Of a stretch of DNA of 64,000 nt, positions 13,595-30,482 are shown in pieces. The notes beneath the pieces are model-generated. The model searched no databases, was not told where the DNA came from, and was given only the letters and a program-made list of their open reading frames with translations. The position numbers were made by a program, and so were the translations under genes. This stretch comes from Balanoglossus misakiensis (taxonomy: Eukaryota > Animalia > Hemichordata), in assembly GCA_040954595.2 (NCBI GenBank), contig CM082588.2:4218156-4282155 (forward strand), written 5' to 3'. Positions within the stretch are counted from its first letter, which is position 1. Every line of letters begins with the position of its first letter.

Positions 13595-16500
13595 CGAATT
13601 GACTGCAAGAAGACACACCTACCTCACTATTTGATTAAACTGAGATGCCAGTCTATGTGCAAGTACTTTAACATCAAGATTTTTGTCTTCATAAATGAGA
13701 ATCAAAGCAAATAGACCTGCAATAAAGAAAGTTAATGTATGGAACTTGAAAGAAAAGTCAGGTTCTGTCACTGAAAATCGCTGATTTCTTTCAAGGCCCA
13801 CTATTAAAATTAGCAAATCAAATCACATATCTCTCTCATTTTTGATATGATCGTTTACCAACTCTACATATTTTTTCTAAATTATAAACAAATGAACAAA
13901 CCTTTCCAAATGACCATTCTCTTGCGTAGGTTTATCTTGTTGCTAGGCAACAAATCCAAGAGGTCGCACATCCTTCCACTCTGGAAATTAACATATTCAT
14001 TGAAATTACCATATTATTTCTATTGCAAGGTACGACTCTGCAAATCCCGAAATAGCATCTGTTTTCACACAATCAAATGTCAAAACAATTGAAAGGATTT
14101 CCAAAGACGTTTCCATGAGTGGTCATAAAGTCCAGGACTATATAATCCTTTCACCCCCAGTTCCCTCTTCAGGGGTCCAACTCCACTAAGGAAACAATGG
14201 GGATGGACTGAACCATGTTGGTGAAAGGGTTTAATAAACAAGCATACAAAACCTGCGTGTTGCCCACTTGAGATTTTTGAAACCTAAAATGACAATCACT
14301 CACCACTTCCTCGACACCAGCAGTCATGGCCAGCGTCAGGAACAGATCTATAAAATGTGACAGCCCAGTCTCTGTTAGCTCCTGCATTCCTCGCTGGTGA
14401 AACTTAGAATAAAACCTGCAAAGATAATTGACAATTACAATTGATGTACAGTACTATACTGTGAATTCTAATACTGTATGTGGGTACATGTGCGTATGTA
14501 CATGCATCTCTCTCTTTCTCCCTCTCCCTTTCTATTCTCCATCTCTCTCTCCCTCCCCCCCTCTCTCTCCCTCCCCCTATTTCTCTCTGTGACATCACAG
14601 TGCATAAATAAGCCTTAGGGGGGAAACTGGTCACGTTTTTCACATTAATATCTTCTTTCAAGTACATCTCAGGTCACGATACATGCATGCATAACATACA
14701 CAACTCAACTTGTCTCTCCACAAAAAGAAACGAAAGCCATCTGAGAACACTGAAATCATCAAACAAAATCTTGCCTACCTCCCCTTGAGTTGTTTCCACC
14801 CCTGGTTTCCGGGGGCTTTCTTACTTTTTTGTAGTTGTAACGCCAGCAGATTTAGAAATAATCCAAAACTGTTGGCTTTCTCATTGAAGACCCTGTTAGC
14901 GGGAACATGCAAAATTCTTGAATGAAAATCAGTATTCACAAACTATCTGTGTTCATGAAATGAAACACGCACACACACATTTTGTATATGTAACTTAAAA
15001 ATAACATCAATATTCTTACTTCAAGTGGTCACCATCATTCCCCTGGCATCTGTAAAAACATTCTTCAAACCACTTTGCTCCCGTTTTCCTGCAATATATC
15101 AAACAAAATGATTGTATGGTTCTTTCTCTGTTGTCATAGAGCAGTGATAAAACCCAAGCCATTGTCATTGTCTTCGTCACCACCATTGCCACAACCATCT
15201 ATATAAATACCAGTACATAATAAACATCATTCTCACAAACACAGCTCATTTACTCACTTAGTGTTAGTTGCAAACTCTTGCAAACCCAGCCCTGGTATGT
15301 GGAAGGATTCATTCTGTTGGACAAAAGAGACAACAATGAAAACATTATTTTATGCTTGGTATTAAACTAAAAAGACTGGCCTGCGTAACTTCACCTCTGA
15401 TGTACCCAGCCAAACTGCAATCATGACTAATTTATCGATCATTTCTTTCCTAGCAACAAGCGATCTTACCAGACGTTTATGGTACCGTTCCCAAATTGCA
15501 GCGATCAACTTGATGTTGCACTCCCAGATCTGAGCCAATGCAATACAGCAGTGCAAATAACATCGAACCTTGCTTTCCTCTGGTGTCCCATTCTTCGAGA
15601 ATACAAAAAAAAATTTGCATGAGAAAAAATACACCAAAATATCATATATACAAGTACTGGCACACTAAGAGACCATGATGTATGGTTGCCTGAACATTAC
15701 CTACCTGTGAAAAAGCTGCCTTCCAAAGATCTTGAACCATCAGCCAGTTATTCTTGAGGGGTATCTACAAACATCAACACTGTGTGGTTAGTACATGTAC
15801 ATAAATACTGCAAAGAATGCGAAAGAACATTAGTGGAGTGTATTGCATATTCATGAAAGTTAATTTGCATGAGGGTGTGACTTATTACATGATTGACAGC
15901 CAGTTGTCCCAGTTCATTAAATATTCATATTTATGAAAGATGATTTGTATGAGGGTGTGACTATTACCTGACTGACAGCTAGTTGTCCCAGTTCATCATA
16001 TTGATAGAGAGGTGCCAGGTGCAATATAAGCCACCAACACAATCCTTGGACATCAACAGTCTGGAGAGAATCTACGAAACGAACGCATGAGTAAAACAAT
16101 TAACATCTTCATGTGATTACCGAAATGCAAATGTGCTATTTCTTGCCCTACAGGTACATAGCTCAAAACTATAGAACATGCCATTGCAGTAAAACACATA
16201 ACCTGATTGTAGTGTACAAGCAACTAAACACTTCACGGAGTGAGTACTTCAAGCGAACATAGGTATTTGTGTGTCTCATAAAACAAAATTTGTATTCAGG
16301 TTTTTTTTAGCAGAATATTGAGGGCTACCTTCTGGTACACCGCAGTGAAGGATTTCTTCTGGGATCTGTCGCCTGAGAATAGTGTGTAGTATACTGTAAA
16401 TGTGACACCAAAATGACTGAAAAACATAGAAGAAAACCAAGGAAAATGTCTATTAGTTGGCTGCGTTGGATCAGATCATACAACAAAATGACGTGTATAC

Positions 16501-18960
16501 ATATGCCAACAGCCACAGCCTTAGTTGGTTTTAAAGAGGACATTGATTGGTGGTCGTGGACCACAGCTACAGACAACCGGTTTGGAAGTTGCCTACCTCT
16601 GAACTCATCTGCTGATGCCGGTGGTCCAACAACTGTAGAAGCAAGACCCACATCTCTTGGAAACAGCTGCACTGGAAAATGGTCGTCTGGTGGTACTGAT
16701 GTTGACTGACCTGTTAGAAGTCAAAATTTCAACTTTTTGGACATTTTCCAATATGAAGCTCTACCTTAATATTAGTAAAAGAAAATCATGCGAGCTACAC
16801 CTTAATTTCACAAGCAGTTCGAGACTATTCAGATCAATTAGGCTATTCAATTGCATTGAAGCTGAAAAAATTCATGAGATTATGGATGGAGAAATAGAAA
16901 AGAAAAAATCACTGGACTTACATTCCTGTGGTTCGTGCTTGCTATCAATATCAAGTCCCAAAGAAGTTTTTTTACATGTGTGTTGAAAAGTTGACATACT
17001 TCTGAATGTACAGCGAGATCTGAATGAACGGAGACACAGAGACAAGGATGGTTTTATCCTTTACCTACAATGGTTGGACCCACTTGTTTTTGAATCTGGA
17101 CTTGTACACATGGGAAATGGGGGTGAAAGCATTAAATGGAATCTGAGGCATCAAAAATGAACACTCATACATAGATTATGTTCTCACAACGCCACTTGTA
17201 ACCAGCTATACTTTTTGCCATCTGCAACAACATATTTCTACCCCCCTGAAGATTGAATGCAAACTGTTACCTTTGACCTTACAGCTGAACAGGTGTAGTA
17301 TCTCCGCGATGGACCAATGAAAATCAAGATGTAAATGAAGTAGCTCTTTGCTGAGAGATTTCTGGAGAGAGGGAGAGAGAAATGTTTGGCAATTGGTCAG
17401 TTACAGGTTTCACTAGACTCAGACATGAGTGCTGGTGTTATGTTGGCATTACATCATACTAAACTGAACTGGCGCCCACAGCAACTTGCCAGGACCACTT
17501 ACTTGCTGTAAAACAAAGAGACTCCCCAGATGGTTGATCAGACCACTGATATGATGTAAAAACAGCGACGGAAACTCTGAGAGATTTCTGATGTGTTCAC
17601 ACTCAACACAGTAGGGATCCACTGGAATAGATGGACTGTAATATCTAGAAAATAAAAGTACATATCGAATGTCAGTTTCTACAATTCGAATTCAAACTTG
17701 TTTAAAGTTGGAAAGATGCTTAAAAAATGTCATTTTTAGGGAAGAAATGAAAACAAGTAAAATAGAGAAGAAACAAGTTTTTGGTTCCCCCTGTATCTAT
17801 TCGTACTTTTTCATACTTTTGATTTCACTGGTGTATGTTGTACAATGTGTTAAACTCACCTGTAAATGAAAACTTTGACATACTGCAAAAAATGACAACA
17901 CTCTTTGTATACACACTGCACTTGACTGTTTTCGAGGCCTGTGAAGAGAGTTATGACATGAAAGTTACTGGAATGCGAGCAAATAATTCCCCTTTCAAAT
18001 TAATTTGAACATCTCTTCATCTCTTGCTAACATCAGTCTGAAGATAATATATCAGACATCTGTCTACACTAGACTACACCTAGACTGGCCAGCTGTAGTT
18101 GACTTTGGAGTATTACTGCAAAAGCTTGTTGTTTGTCAGTAAAGTGCTCAGTCAGAATAATTGTCAATTGACTTAGGATCAGTGGAAGCCTGATTCCTCT
18201 TTCCACAGCGTAAATTTCCATTTTCTTGTCCTTACCTCTTTGAAGAAACGGTGTGTTTTCAACGAGGCTTCCAAACTCACATAGTTTCTGTCTGAAAGGT
18301 CAAGGTCAAATAGTAAAATTACATTGTCTAATCAAATCACTGAATCTAACAATGAACAATGTACTTGTAAACAATATGGTCAGTAGTAGAAAGAAAAATA
18401 AAGACATACCTTGTAAGGTAAAACAAAAGTTTTGTTTGGTGAACCAATGCTGAATATGTCACGTGGTTGTAACTATACAACTTTGTTATCGTGCCTTGAA
18501 AATGAGACTCATCGGGATCAGCACCATGGAGAACACATCTCAAAGAGCCAGTTGCCAGGTAACCATTAGATGCAAGTAGCCAATGGGGTGCAGGTTGCCA
18601 TGACGACACCCCTGTTCCCCTCTTGCTGCATTGGAAATGTACTGGAGAGTGGCTTAAGTCTTCAACTGTCATTTTGTCAACATGTAACGAAAGAAACACA
18701 TGTTTACATACAATGAAAAGTATCCATATAACTACATGTATAGTATCGATATATCAATCCTCCCCATAGAAAACAGTGGATTCGGACCAAGTCATGGTGG
18801 TGAAAGGGTTATGATAAATTTATACTCAGACAACCTTACCTGTGATGTCTTTATCAGTTTCAACTTTTTGTCGCTTGCTGGCTGGAGCCTCTAAATCATC
18901 AAGGCTAGGTGACAGGGGAGGGGTCATTGAGCCACTCAGGTCATCCACTTCGCACATCAT
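4619..18960 (-). CDS. MMS22L: MMS22-like DNA repair protein (multi-exon; internal exons not all delimited)
   Basis: First coding exon 18960-18840 (..SMTPPLSP..); exon 18665-18410 HFQCS..GYLATGSLRCVLHGADP..SALVHQTKLLFYLTR; internal GLSHFIDLFLTLA and CWWLILHLA; penultimate exon EMKRGVGKDKNLR; last exon 4697-4619 RAVCKVLDQLGEVGR..stop. These resemble the N- and C-termini of vertebrate MMS22L. Confidence 0.88.
6039..6213. mobile_element. Two oppositely oriented copies of a ~90-bp TTAA-bounded (piggyBac-type) MITE
   Basis: 6121-6213 reads TTAA-CTCTTTCACC...GTTGAGAGGG-TTAA. A partial inverted copy ends GGTGAAAGGG-TTAA at 6106, 14 bp away. Confidence 0.7.
7539..8818. repeat. 127-128-bp minisatellite, 10 copies, in an MMS22L intron
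   Basis: Units begin GTCTGTGGGCTTGAC at 7539, 7666, 7793, 7921, 8054, 8181, 8308, 8436, 8563 and 8691 and are nearly identical. Confidence 0.97.
8842..9072. mobile_element. Non-autonomous DNA transposon with TAG...CTA ends and 9-bp TSD (Academ/AcademH-like, tentative)
   Basis: TSD GGGGCTGCT at 8833-8841 and 9073-9081; ends TAGACTAGCCC / GGAGCAAGTCTA form an imperfect TIR. Confidence 0.7.
14142..14234. mobile_element. ~90-bp piggyBac-type MITE family copy
   Basis: CCTTTCACCCCCAGTTCCCTCT...GGACTGAACCATG..GGTGAAAGGG; aligns by eye with 6121-6213. Confidence 0.7.
17052..17135. mobile_element. Degenerate copy of the ~90-bp MITE family
   Basis: CAATGGTTGGACC...GGAAATGGGGGTGAAAGCATTAA. Confidence 0.5.
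18762..18812. mobile_element. Half copy of the ~90-bp MITE family
   Basis: CCATAGAAAACAGTGGATTCGGACCAAGTCATGGTGGTGAAAGGGTTA matches the right half of 6121-6213. Confidence 0.55.
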
Positions 18961-19248
18961 GTGATTGTGTGATGCAGGACAGTGCCAAAGAACGGGTTTG
19001 ATTGGTAGAATCCCCCCTCCAGCTACGTACACCTATTCAAGAAGAACGAATCTGGTCGATGGGAGTTTCAAGCATAACACCGAGAGATTAGATGGTGCAA
19101 AATCAAGCATCATAGCAACTAACCACTGTCACACAGTGTTGACATACGAGTTGTTGTCATGTTGTCCCTGGACTGTTGACATTCACAGGTTTTCTTCCGA
19201 AATTCATTCGGAACTGAACTTCAAACATGAAAATATAATGATAACTTA

Positions 19249-19718
19249 CTTTCTTTGGGATGCAATCCTTAGGATCTGATCAACTAGGTCGCAATGCACA
19301 CGATATATACAACAAGAGCAATCGCGAAATGGTACATCAACAAAGTTGAACTCCCGCCATATATTTACTTCCGGGGTCATAGGTTAAAAGCCGAATAGTG
19401 AAGTGTTCTGTGTTTTTATGACTTTTATATAAAATAGTGGCATTTGCATTTATTTCGCGTTTTACCAAAATGCTGGAAAAGACGAGTTTTATGCGTTTTT
19501 CTCACGACACAATGTATTTTAACTGTTTTGCAATTATCTGTGTTGGAGGAAAGATTTTGAACAAATGAACTAATATGGAGGCTACTGGCGCAGTTCTCTG
19601 GCTTTGTTCGTAATATTTTCGCGAAAGAGCGTTTTTCACCGATCAGGAACTGCTGTTACGTACAATAAATGAGCCATGTTACGTCTATGACAAAACGAGA
19701 GAGACCATCTCAGCCAAA
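19249..19718. promoter_or_regulatory. Probable bidirectional promoter and 5' exons of MMS22L and CDK8
   Basis: Head-to-head genes. A putative MMS22L non-coding first exon has a GTAAGT donor at 19248; the CDK8 ATG is at 19719. ETS/GABP-type ACTTCCGG at 19368 and YY1-like CCGCCAT at 19354. Confidence 0.6.
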
Positions 19719-23998
<4,280 letters not shown>

Positions 23999-25360
23999 AC
24001 CCCCCTCCCCCCTCCTCCTTCACTATCACGAGGTGGACCGACTCTTAATCACTTGGGTTGGACTTGCGCACTCTGAAATGGGGGGTTTGCGGGAATATGC
24101 TAATATTTTTTTTAAGTTTTGAGTGTCTGTTAAACATTAGCACTCAATAATGAGAAAAGTTCCATTTGATATTTGACTCCTAATCTTGTTGTAAAACACA
24201 CAATATACTGGTAAACATCCAACACAATTTTCCCAATTCAACCAGTTACTGGTCCTCATTACAAAGAAAAGAAATCAGAAACAAAAGAAAGATAATTCCA
24301 GTATTGTTGATCAGAAAACAGTAAATAGAGTTGAAAGGTTTTTTATCCTTTCCGCATTGATCAGACCTGTTTACATTTTGAAAACACCATACATATGGGA
24401 CAGCTTGCTGCATTGTTATGGAGGCTGACATTTGTTCAGGCCTGGCCGCTTAATTTCGATGTTTGTCTAATGCCTATGCTCATTTGCATATAGCAGATGT
24501 TTGGAGCAATGCCCTTTGTGGCACCCACTGTAACAAACGCCAAGTTATATCTCCAACCTCTGAAAATATTTCTGTTCTGAGTAAAATTTCTTTTATTCTA
24601 ATACATGTAAAATTGCTTCTGCAAGTAAATGCAAACTAAGTGTTGAATCATACTAAATGGTGGTAAAACAATGCTCACTTTCACAACGGAATATTTTGGA
24701 TACAACACTTGCATTTTTTGTAGCCAGTTAAGGGTCAAAGGTCACCATTACTGGAGATTATTTTATCATTTACACATGTACTCACTGCCTGTACTACTTT
24801 ATATGTTCATCATTGACAGTAAAAACTACCACAGGATTGCATTGCGATATTATTGGCCAAAAGGCCACTTCTGCGCAAATAACATAAAAGGTGCAATGTT
24901 TTCTCATGAAAAATGGCTCGGAAAAGAACACAAGACTTGCTTAATGGTTACAAAAGACTAACTTGTCCAAGAAGATTTTTATCTTTGATTTAGAAATGTC
25001 TGGCTGCTTACAGACACATTTGACCAACACTTACAGCAGTTGGAGAAATATAAATACAGTAATGAGTGGCCAAGATGCAGTGAAACATCACTTCCTGAGG
25101 TGCCTTGTACCTCAAATAAAAATTAGATTTTTTTTCAAGAGTGTGTGTTTGTAATTTTGATGTTTTTGTAATGTACTACTACTAATAGTTTGCTTAATTT
25201 CAGCAGTAATCAGTTTTGTTTTACTATCGGTGTTTGTCGATAGAGACGGGTGAAGAGACACGTCAGTGTGTAGATATTTGAGTGTTGTCTCTCTGTGGAA
25301 TTAAACTTCTAAATTATATTAAAACAAATCTGATTTCATTGTAGTATATGCACACATCAT

Positions 25361-25772
25361 AGCCATTGTTTGCAGTGATGTACATTGTAGCAGTTACACT
25401 ACAGTGTAGTACAAAGTAACAACCACATTGTTTTCAATGATGTACATTGTAGCAGTTACACTACAGTGCAATACAAAGTAACAACCAGATTGTTCTCAAT
25501 GATGTACATTGTTGCAGTTACAGTACAGTGCAATACAAAGTAACAACCACATTGTTTTCAATTATGTACATTGTAGCAGTTACACTACAGTGTAGTACAA
25601 AGTAACAACCACATTGTTTTCAATGATGTACATTGTAGCAGTTACACTACAGTGTAGTACAAAGTAACAACCACATTGTTTTCAATGATGTACATTGTAG
25701 CAGTTACACTACAGTGTAGTACAAAGTAACAACCACATTGTTTTCAATGAAGTACATTGTTGCAGATACACT
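25361..25772. repeat. 62-bp minisatellite, about 7 copies
   Basis: TACATTGT recurs at 25381, 25443, 25505, 25567, 25629, 25691 and 25753. Confidence 0.95.
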
Positions 25773-26014
25773 CACTACATTGTAATTTATTAAGGCAAAA
25801 AACTCAAAATCGATCAGCTATCAACTGCATACCAACAATCAAACAACAGATAACAAATTGGATGGAGGACAAATAAATAAGGATATTTTTACCTGTCCTT
25901 CATAACGTATATTTGATTGAATAATTTTTCTGAGTGTTTCGAGTGAGAATGTATAAATATAAGATGTATCTTTGGGACCCAGGGTGTACATTGTCAGTCA
26001 TCGATTCACACACA

Positions 26015-26960
26015 ATGAATGTCTTCGCAGGATTTCTGGCTTTTGCCGTTCTTCTACAAGAGGTGAGAAACAGAATCTCGGGAAGGGAGGGGCAGTTCAT
26101 TATTTGCACTAATATTGGGAACCATTTGAAACTTGTAGATAGTCTGTACTAACTTGCATCGATAAACACACTTTCCACAAAACATTTTGCACCCTGTATT
26201 TTTGCTTTCAGGCACATGCAGTACCTGAGAGATCGCTCAGGGTTAAGATGATTGCAGTCGGTGAAGACAACAGACTGTACACTCGTAACCTAAGAAAGGG
26301 TACCTGGAACGACGCAGGTGATGAAAGTTGCTGTGTTATATCGGTGGCCAGAATGCCAGACGGATCTCTCCTTGGCGTTGGCGATGACAACCAACTCTAC
26401 ACCAAAATGTCGGCTAACTTTGGGCCCTGGGAAGGACCCATCCCTCGTAGCTGCTGCTTGCTCGACGTTGCCGTCATGGAGGACGGTACCATCATCGGCG
26501 TCAACATGAAGAGGAAGCTGGTGGTGCGCGAAGGCGGTCTTGACGGTGACTGGGTCGTCGTTGAGAACGGCTGCTGCCTCAAGGACGTGGCTGTCATGCC
26601 GGACGGAAGACTTCTCGGCCTCGCCAAGAACGGCAACCTCAACATCCGTGAGGGCCTGGAGGGCCAGTGGTCGTACTTCAAGTCGGTGGGTCCCAAGATG
26701 GATGCCGTAGCTGTCCAACCCGACGGTGTGATATATGGTGTTAATAGAGATACCTGCGAAATGCACGAACTTGGTGACGATGGAGTTTGGGCCGAAGAAG
26801 CTGTTCCCAACAGTTCCTGTATGATCGACGTCGACGCTGTTGAAAATCTAGGTAAGAGTTGAAGAAACTATGGGGTCAATTGTTGTATTTTCACCGTTTT
26901 TGTCTTTTATACTGATGGTATTTCTTTTGTTTTCTACACCTAGCCAAACCATCTTCCTAA
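26015..26960 (+). CDS. Secreted five-repeat beta-propeller (tectonin/tachylectin-like) protein, paralog 1, 234 aa
   Basis: Exons 26015-26062 (signal peptide MNVFAGFLAFAVLLQE), 26212-26851, 26944-26960. Five ~40-aa repeats of the form GVGxDNxLYxR..W..SCCxxDVAVMPDG. TATA at 25952. Confidence 0.88.
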
Positions 26961-27999
26961 ATGGTGGTCCAGACATCGGCATTCACGTAAGTTCTAAATC
27001 ATTAAGTATATCTTCTACGCGACTTTTTAAATGCATTCTCCGTGAATTTCTCATGTCGTACTTTATTCCCAATATGGAAACATTTTAGGTTTATTGGTTT
27101 ATGGACAAGCACGATTCTTCTTTTGTGACAATTTGTGTTGTTTAGGTTCGTTTTGGTTTCTGTATCAAAGTTCTTTGTTTGACCAATTGTCAAATTAAAT
27201 TGTCTCTGTTTGATTTTCAGGTTGGACGATTGGTGCGAATTTTAACTTCTTCATTCTCAGTGAGAAAAGTTAATCAGGGAAGGTTTACATTTGTGGTGAC
27301 GGACACTTGAAATGTAATTCTCAAGAGGAAATTAATAAAGTAAACCTGATGGTTCTATTCGTGAGTGAAGTGTGTCGTTTGGCCTATTGTCTTCATATTC
27401 TTAACATGGGCGAAATATCTTGTTTTATATATATATATTTGGGTTACTTTTGCTAAACTAGTGTGAGTGAGTAAATGCGAAAATAATTAGTATCGAGGAC
27501 TAGATCAACTTTGACAAGACCAGGTGGCATTTTTCTGACGAGAAGGTCCAAAACATGTCAAATGTTGTGACCAATGCTCGTCCCCAAAATCCATTCGACA
27601 CATCAGTTCATGCTCATCAGTTCATTCTCGAAAGGTGTTTTTTTTTCTGTTTTGCACTGTTCACAGCCCTGCCGTGCCAGACATACGATGAATAAGCATA
27701 AGACAAGTTGCCAAGGTCATCCAGTTTTCCCAATTAACAGTAACTGTCGCCAACTTTTTCATTTGGAAGTCAAATATATTCGCCGGCTGTGATCCCGAAA
27801 CGTCGCAGGTGGTGTCGAGTTCGTTATATATGCATATGAGGTGTTTCATATATCTTGATAACTGGAAACAAAATTGGATTCATTAAAATTAATTTGCAGA
27901 GAAAATTCCATAAATAGGATGTTCCAGAGACCATTTCTGTAGTCTCAGTTCTAGACGTGACCACACACCTACTGACAAGAACTTCACAATACTTCAAAG

Positions 28000-29216
28000 A
28001 TGATGAAATTTGTAGTTTTGGTGGTTTTTGCCACTCTTATACACGAGGTAAGTTTCTTTGCTTTCCGTGGCTTTTTACGCGATCATTTTGTCACTACTCT
28101 CGTGGTTTGTATTAGCGATTACATCCCTCAACAAAGTTACTCATAAAAGTGTGATCAGTAAAGAAGCGAATGATCAGAAGAGCAGTATGATTGTCGTCGT
28201 CGTCTTCGTTGTTGTCTGGATCATCATCAACATCACCGTTATCTTTATCTTCCTCTTCTTCTTCTTTGACAACAGTCTATTGCAGCAAAACATGCCATGC
28301 TTGGTGTTGGACTCGATAACTCACTCTACACTCGTACCGTCAGAAATGGAGCCTGGAAAGCCGCTGCTGGAGACTCGTGCTGCGTGATTTCAGTCGCTGA
28401 GATGCCGGACGGGTCTCTCCTCGGCGTTGGCGACGACAACCAGCTGTACACAAAGTTGAAGCCCGGAGTTGGCGCTTGGGAAGGACCCCTTCCCCGTAGC
28501 TGCTGCTTGCTCGACGTTGCCGTCATGGAGGACGGTACCATCATCGGCGTCAACATGAAGAGGAAGCTGGTGGTTCGCGAAGGCGGTCTTGACGGTGACT
28601 GGGTCATCGTGGAGAACGGCTGCTGCATCAAGGACGTGGCTGTCCTGCCGGACGGAAGACTTCTCGGCCTCGCCAAGAACGGCAACCTCAACATCCGCGA
28701 GGGCCTGGAGGGCCAGTGGTCGTACTTCAAATCGGTGGGCCCCAAGATGGATGCCATCTCCGCCGAACCAAGTGGCACAATCTATGGTATCCATAGAGAC
28801 ACCTGCGAGATGCACATCCTCGGCGAAGACGGCGTTTGGGAGGAACCATCCATTCCAAACAGCGACTGTATGATCGATATGTACTCCACCGGTGAACTCA
28901 GTAAGACTTCATTCTTTTAAAATAATAAATTTTGAAAGGGGGTGTGATAATCTACCATTAAAAACTCGTCAATTATATTGTCTTTTCAATTCCTGATCTT
29001 TTCATATTCCAAGTCCATAAATCTCAGAACGCATTTCTTCATCAGCTTCAAACAATTTGCACTAATAATAGTAAACTTACAAGATTTAAGCAAAGATCCT
29101 TTTTTTATAAAAAGAACTGGGGAGGTAGTCGAACATGTGTCGTGCATTTCCTGCATTAAAATCCTTTGACTGACCAGATTCTCGTGTTATTTTTTTCAGC
29201 TCCACCTAAGTTCTAA
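28000..29216 (+). CDS. Secreted five-repeat beta-propeller protein, paralog 2, 229 aa
   Basis: Exons 28000-28047 (MMKFVVLVVFATLIHE), 28276-28900, 29200-29216; same repeats and Cys pattern. Confidence 0.88.
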
Positions 29217-29275
29217 AAAGGATCTGCCGACAATATTAAAATCAAGTAAGAAGTCTCATTTTATTCATTTAACAT

Positions 29276-29285
29276 TCTCTGTCTC

Positions 29286-29357
<72 letters not shown>

Positions 29358-29373
29358 TCTATCTCTCTATCTC

Positions 29374-29416
<43 letters not shown>

Positions 29417-29418
29417 CT
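29276..29418. repeat. Compound (CTGT)n(CT)n(CTAT)n microsatellite
   Basis: Directly visible. Confidence 0.95.
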
Positions 29419-30482
29419 GGTACCTTTTTCATTTAATCGTGGACTTGCCGGTCACATGATCAACAGCCAAATTTGGCAATTTGGTATCAGTCAAATATAT
29501 GCATTTTACACATTTAGTGAAACGTTTGACATGAATGGAAATTATCTCTGATCACGTGCTAATCGTTTTCTTTTCTCCTTTTCTTCACAGGTTTTGCAAG
29601 TCATGCGTCAATTTCGTACACTTCAGACATCCATTCATTATTTTGTAGAAAAAATATCAATCATCTTGCTCATATAACATCGATGATCTTCACAACGACG
29701 TTCTGAACATTGTGTTGTATTAGCGCGTAATTTTTCATCCTAGCAGTTCCGATGTGGACACCAGATGTGAATCATTAGTGACAACTTTGTACGTAAATAA
29801 AGTCTCTAACTAATTCAAATGGACTTTCTGCTTGTGTTTTATTAAATCGACACCCACGGACGGTTAAAAAAAATAAGCAGTGTGCAGATAGGCGACATGG
29901 AAACTTTCATATTTGCATATTTATGATTGAATGACATCTTGCTGTTAATTCCCCTAAGTCATCCAAGGCATCAACTGACCTATCACTGTTTACACACTCC
30001 AATAACTAAATCACACGAGTAAACTTCCAACAAAGGGGGAAATGATGTTAAATTAACGGTATTAATGAAATGTAAGAAGATTATAATCTGCATAATCAAC
30101 GCTCAGTCGTGCCAGTTGTCACCGTTTTCAAGATAGACACGCAATTGGTCCAATCCGAACGGAAATGACGTCAATACAACAATCCACCAATCAATGCCGC
30201 CCGAATGACGGGATCCGTTACTTCGCGAACTGGAAAATCGTTGCCTCAAGCCATAATAGCAAAAAGTTCCTTTGAGGCATTGATTTTGTTTGAATTATAA
30301 TTTGAATTGTTTGGCTTTTCAGGGCTGATGCTATTTAAAATAAAGATTTTGTCTTTGTTGATACGGCTAATATATAACGCAACAGGTTTTGCTTTGCTCC
30401 GGTCACTTTGAGTTTCGCCACCAAAAGGGAGCACCCCCGAAATTACTCGATATTAATTTACAGCGAATCTTACTCGGAAGAG

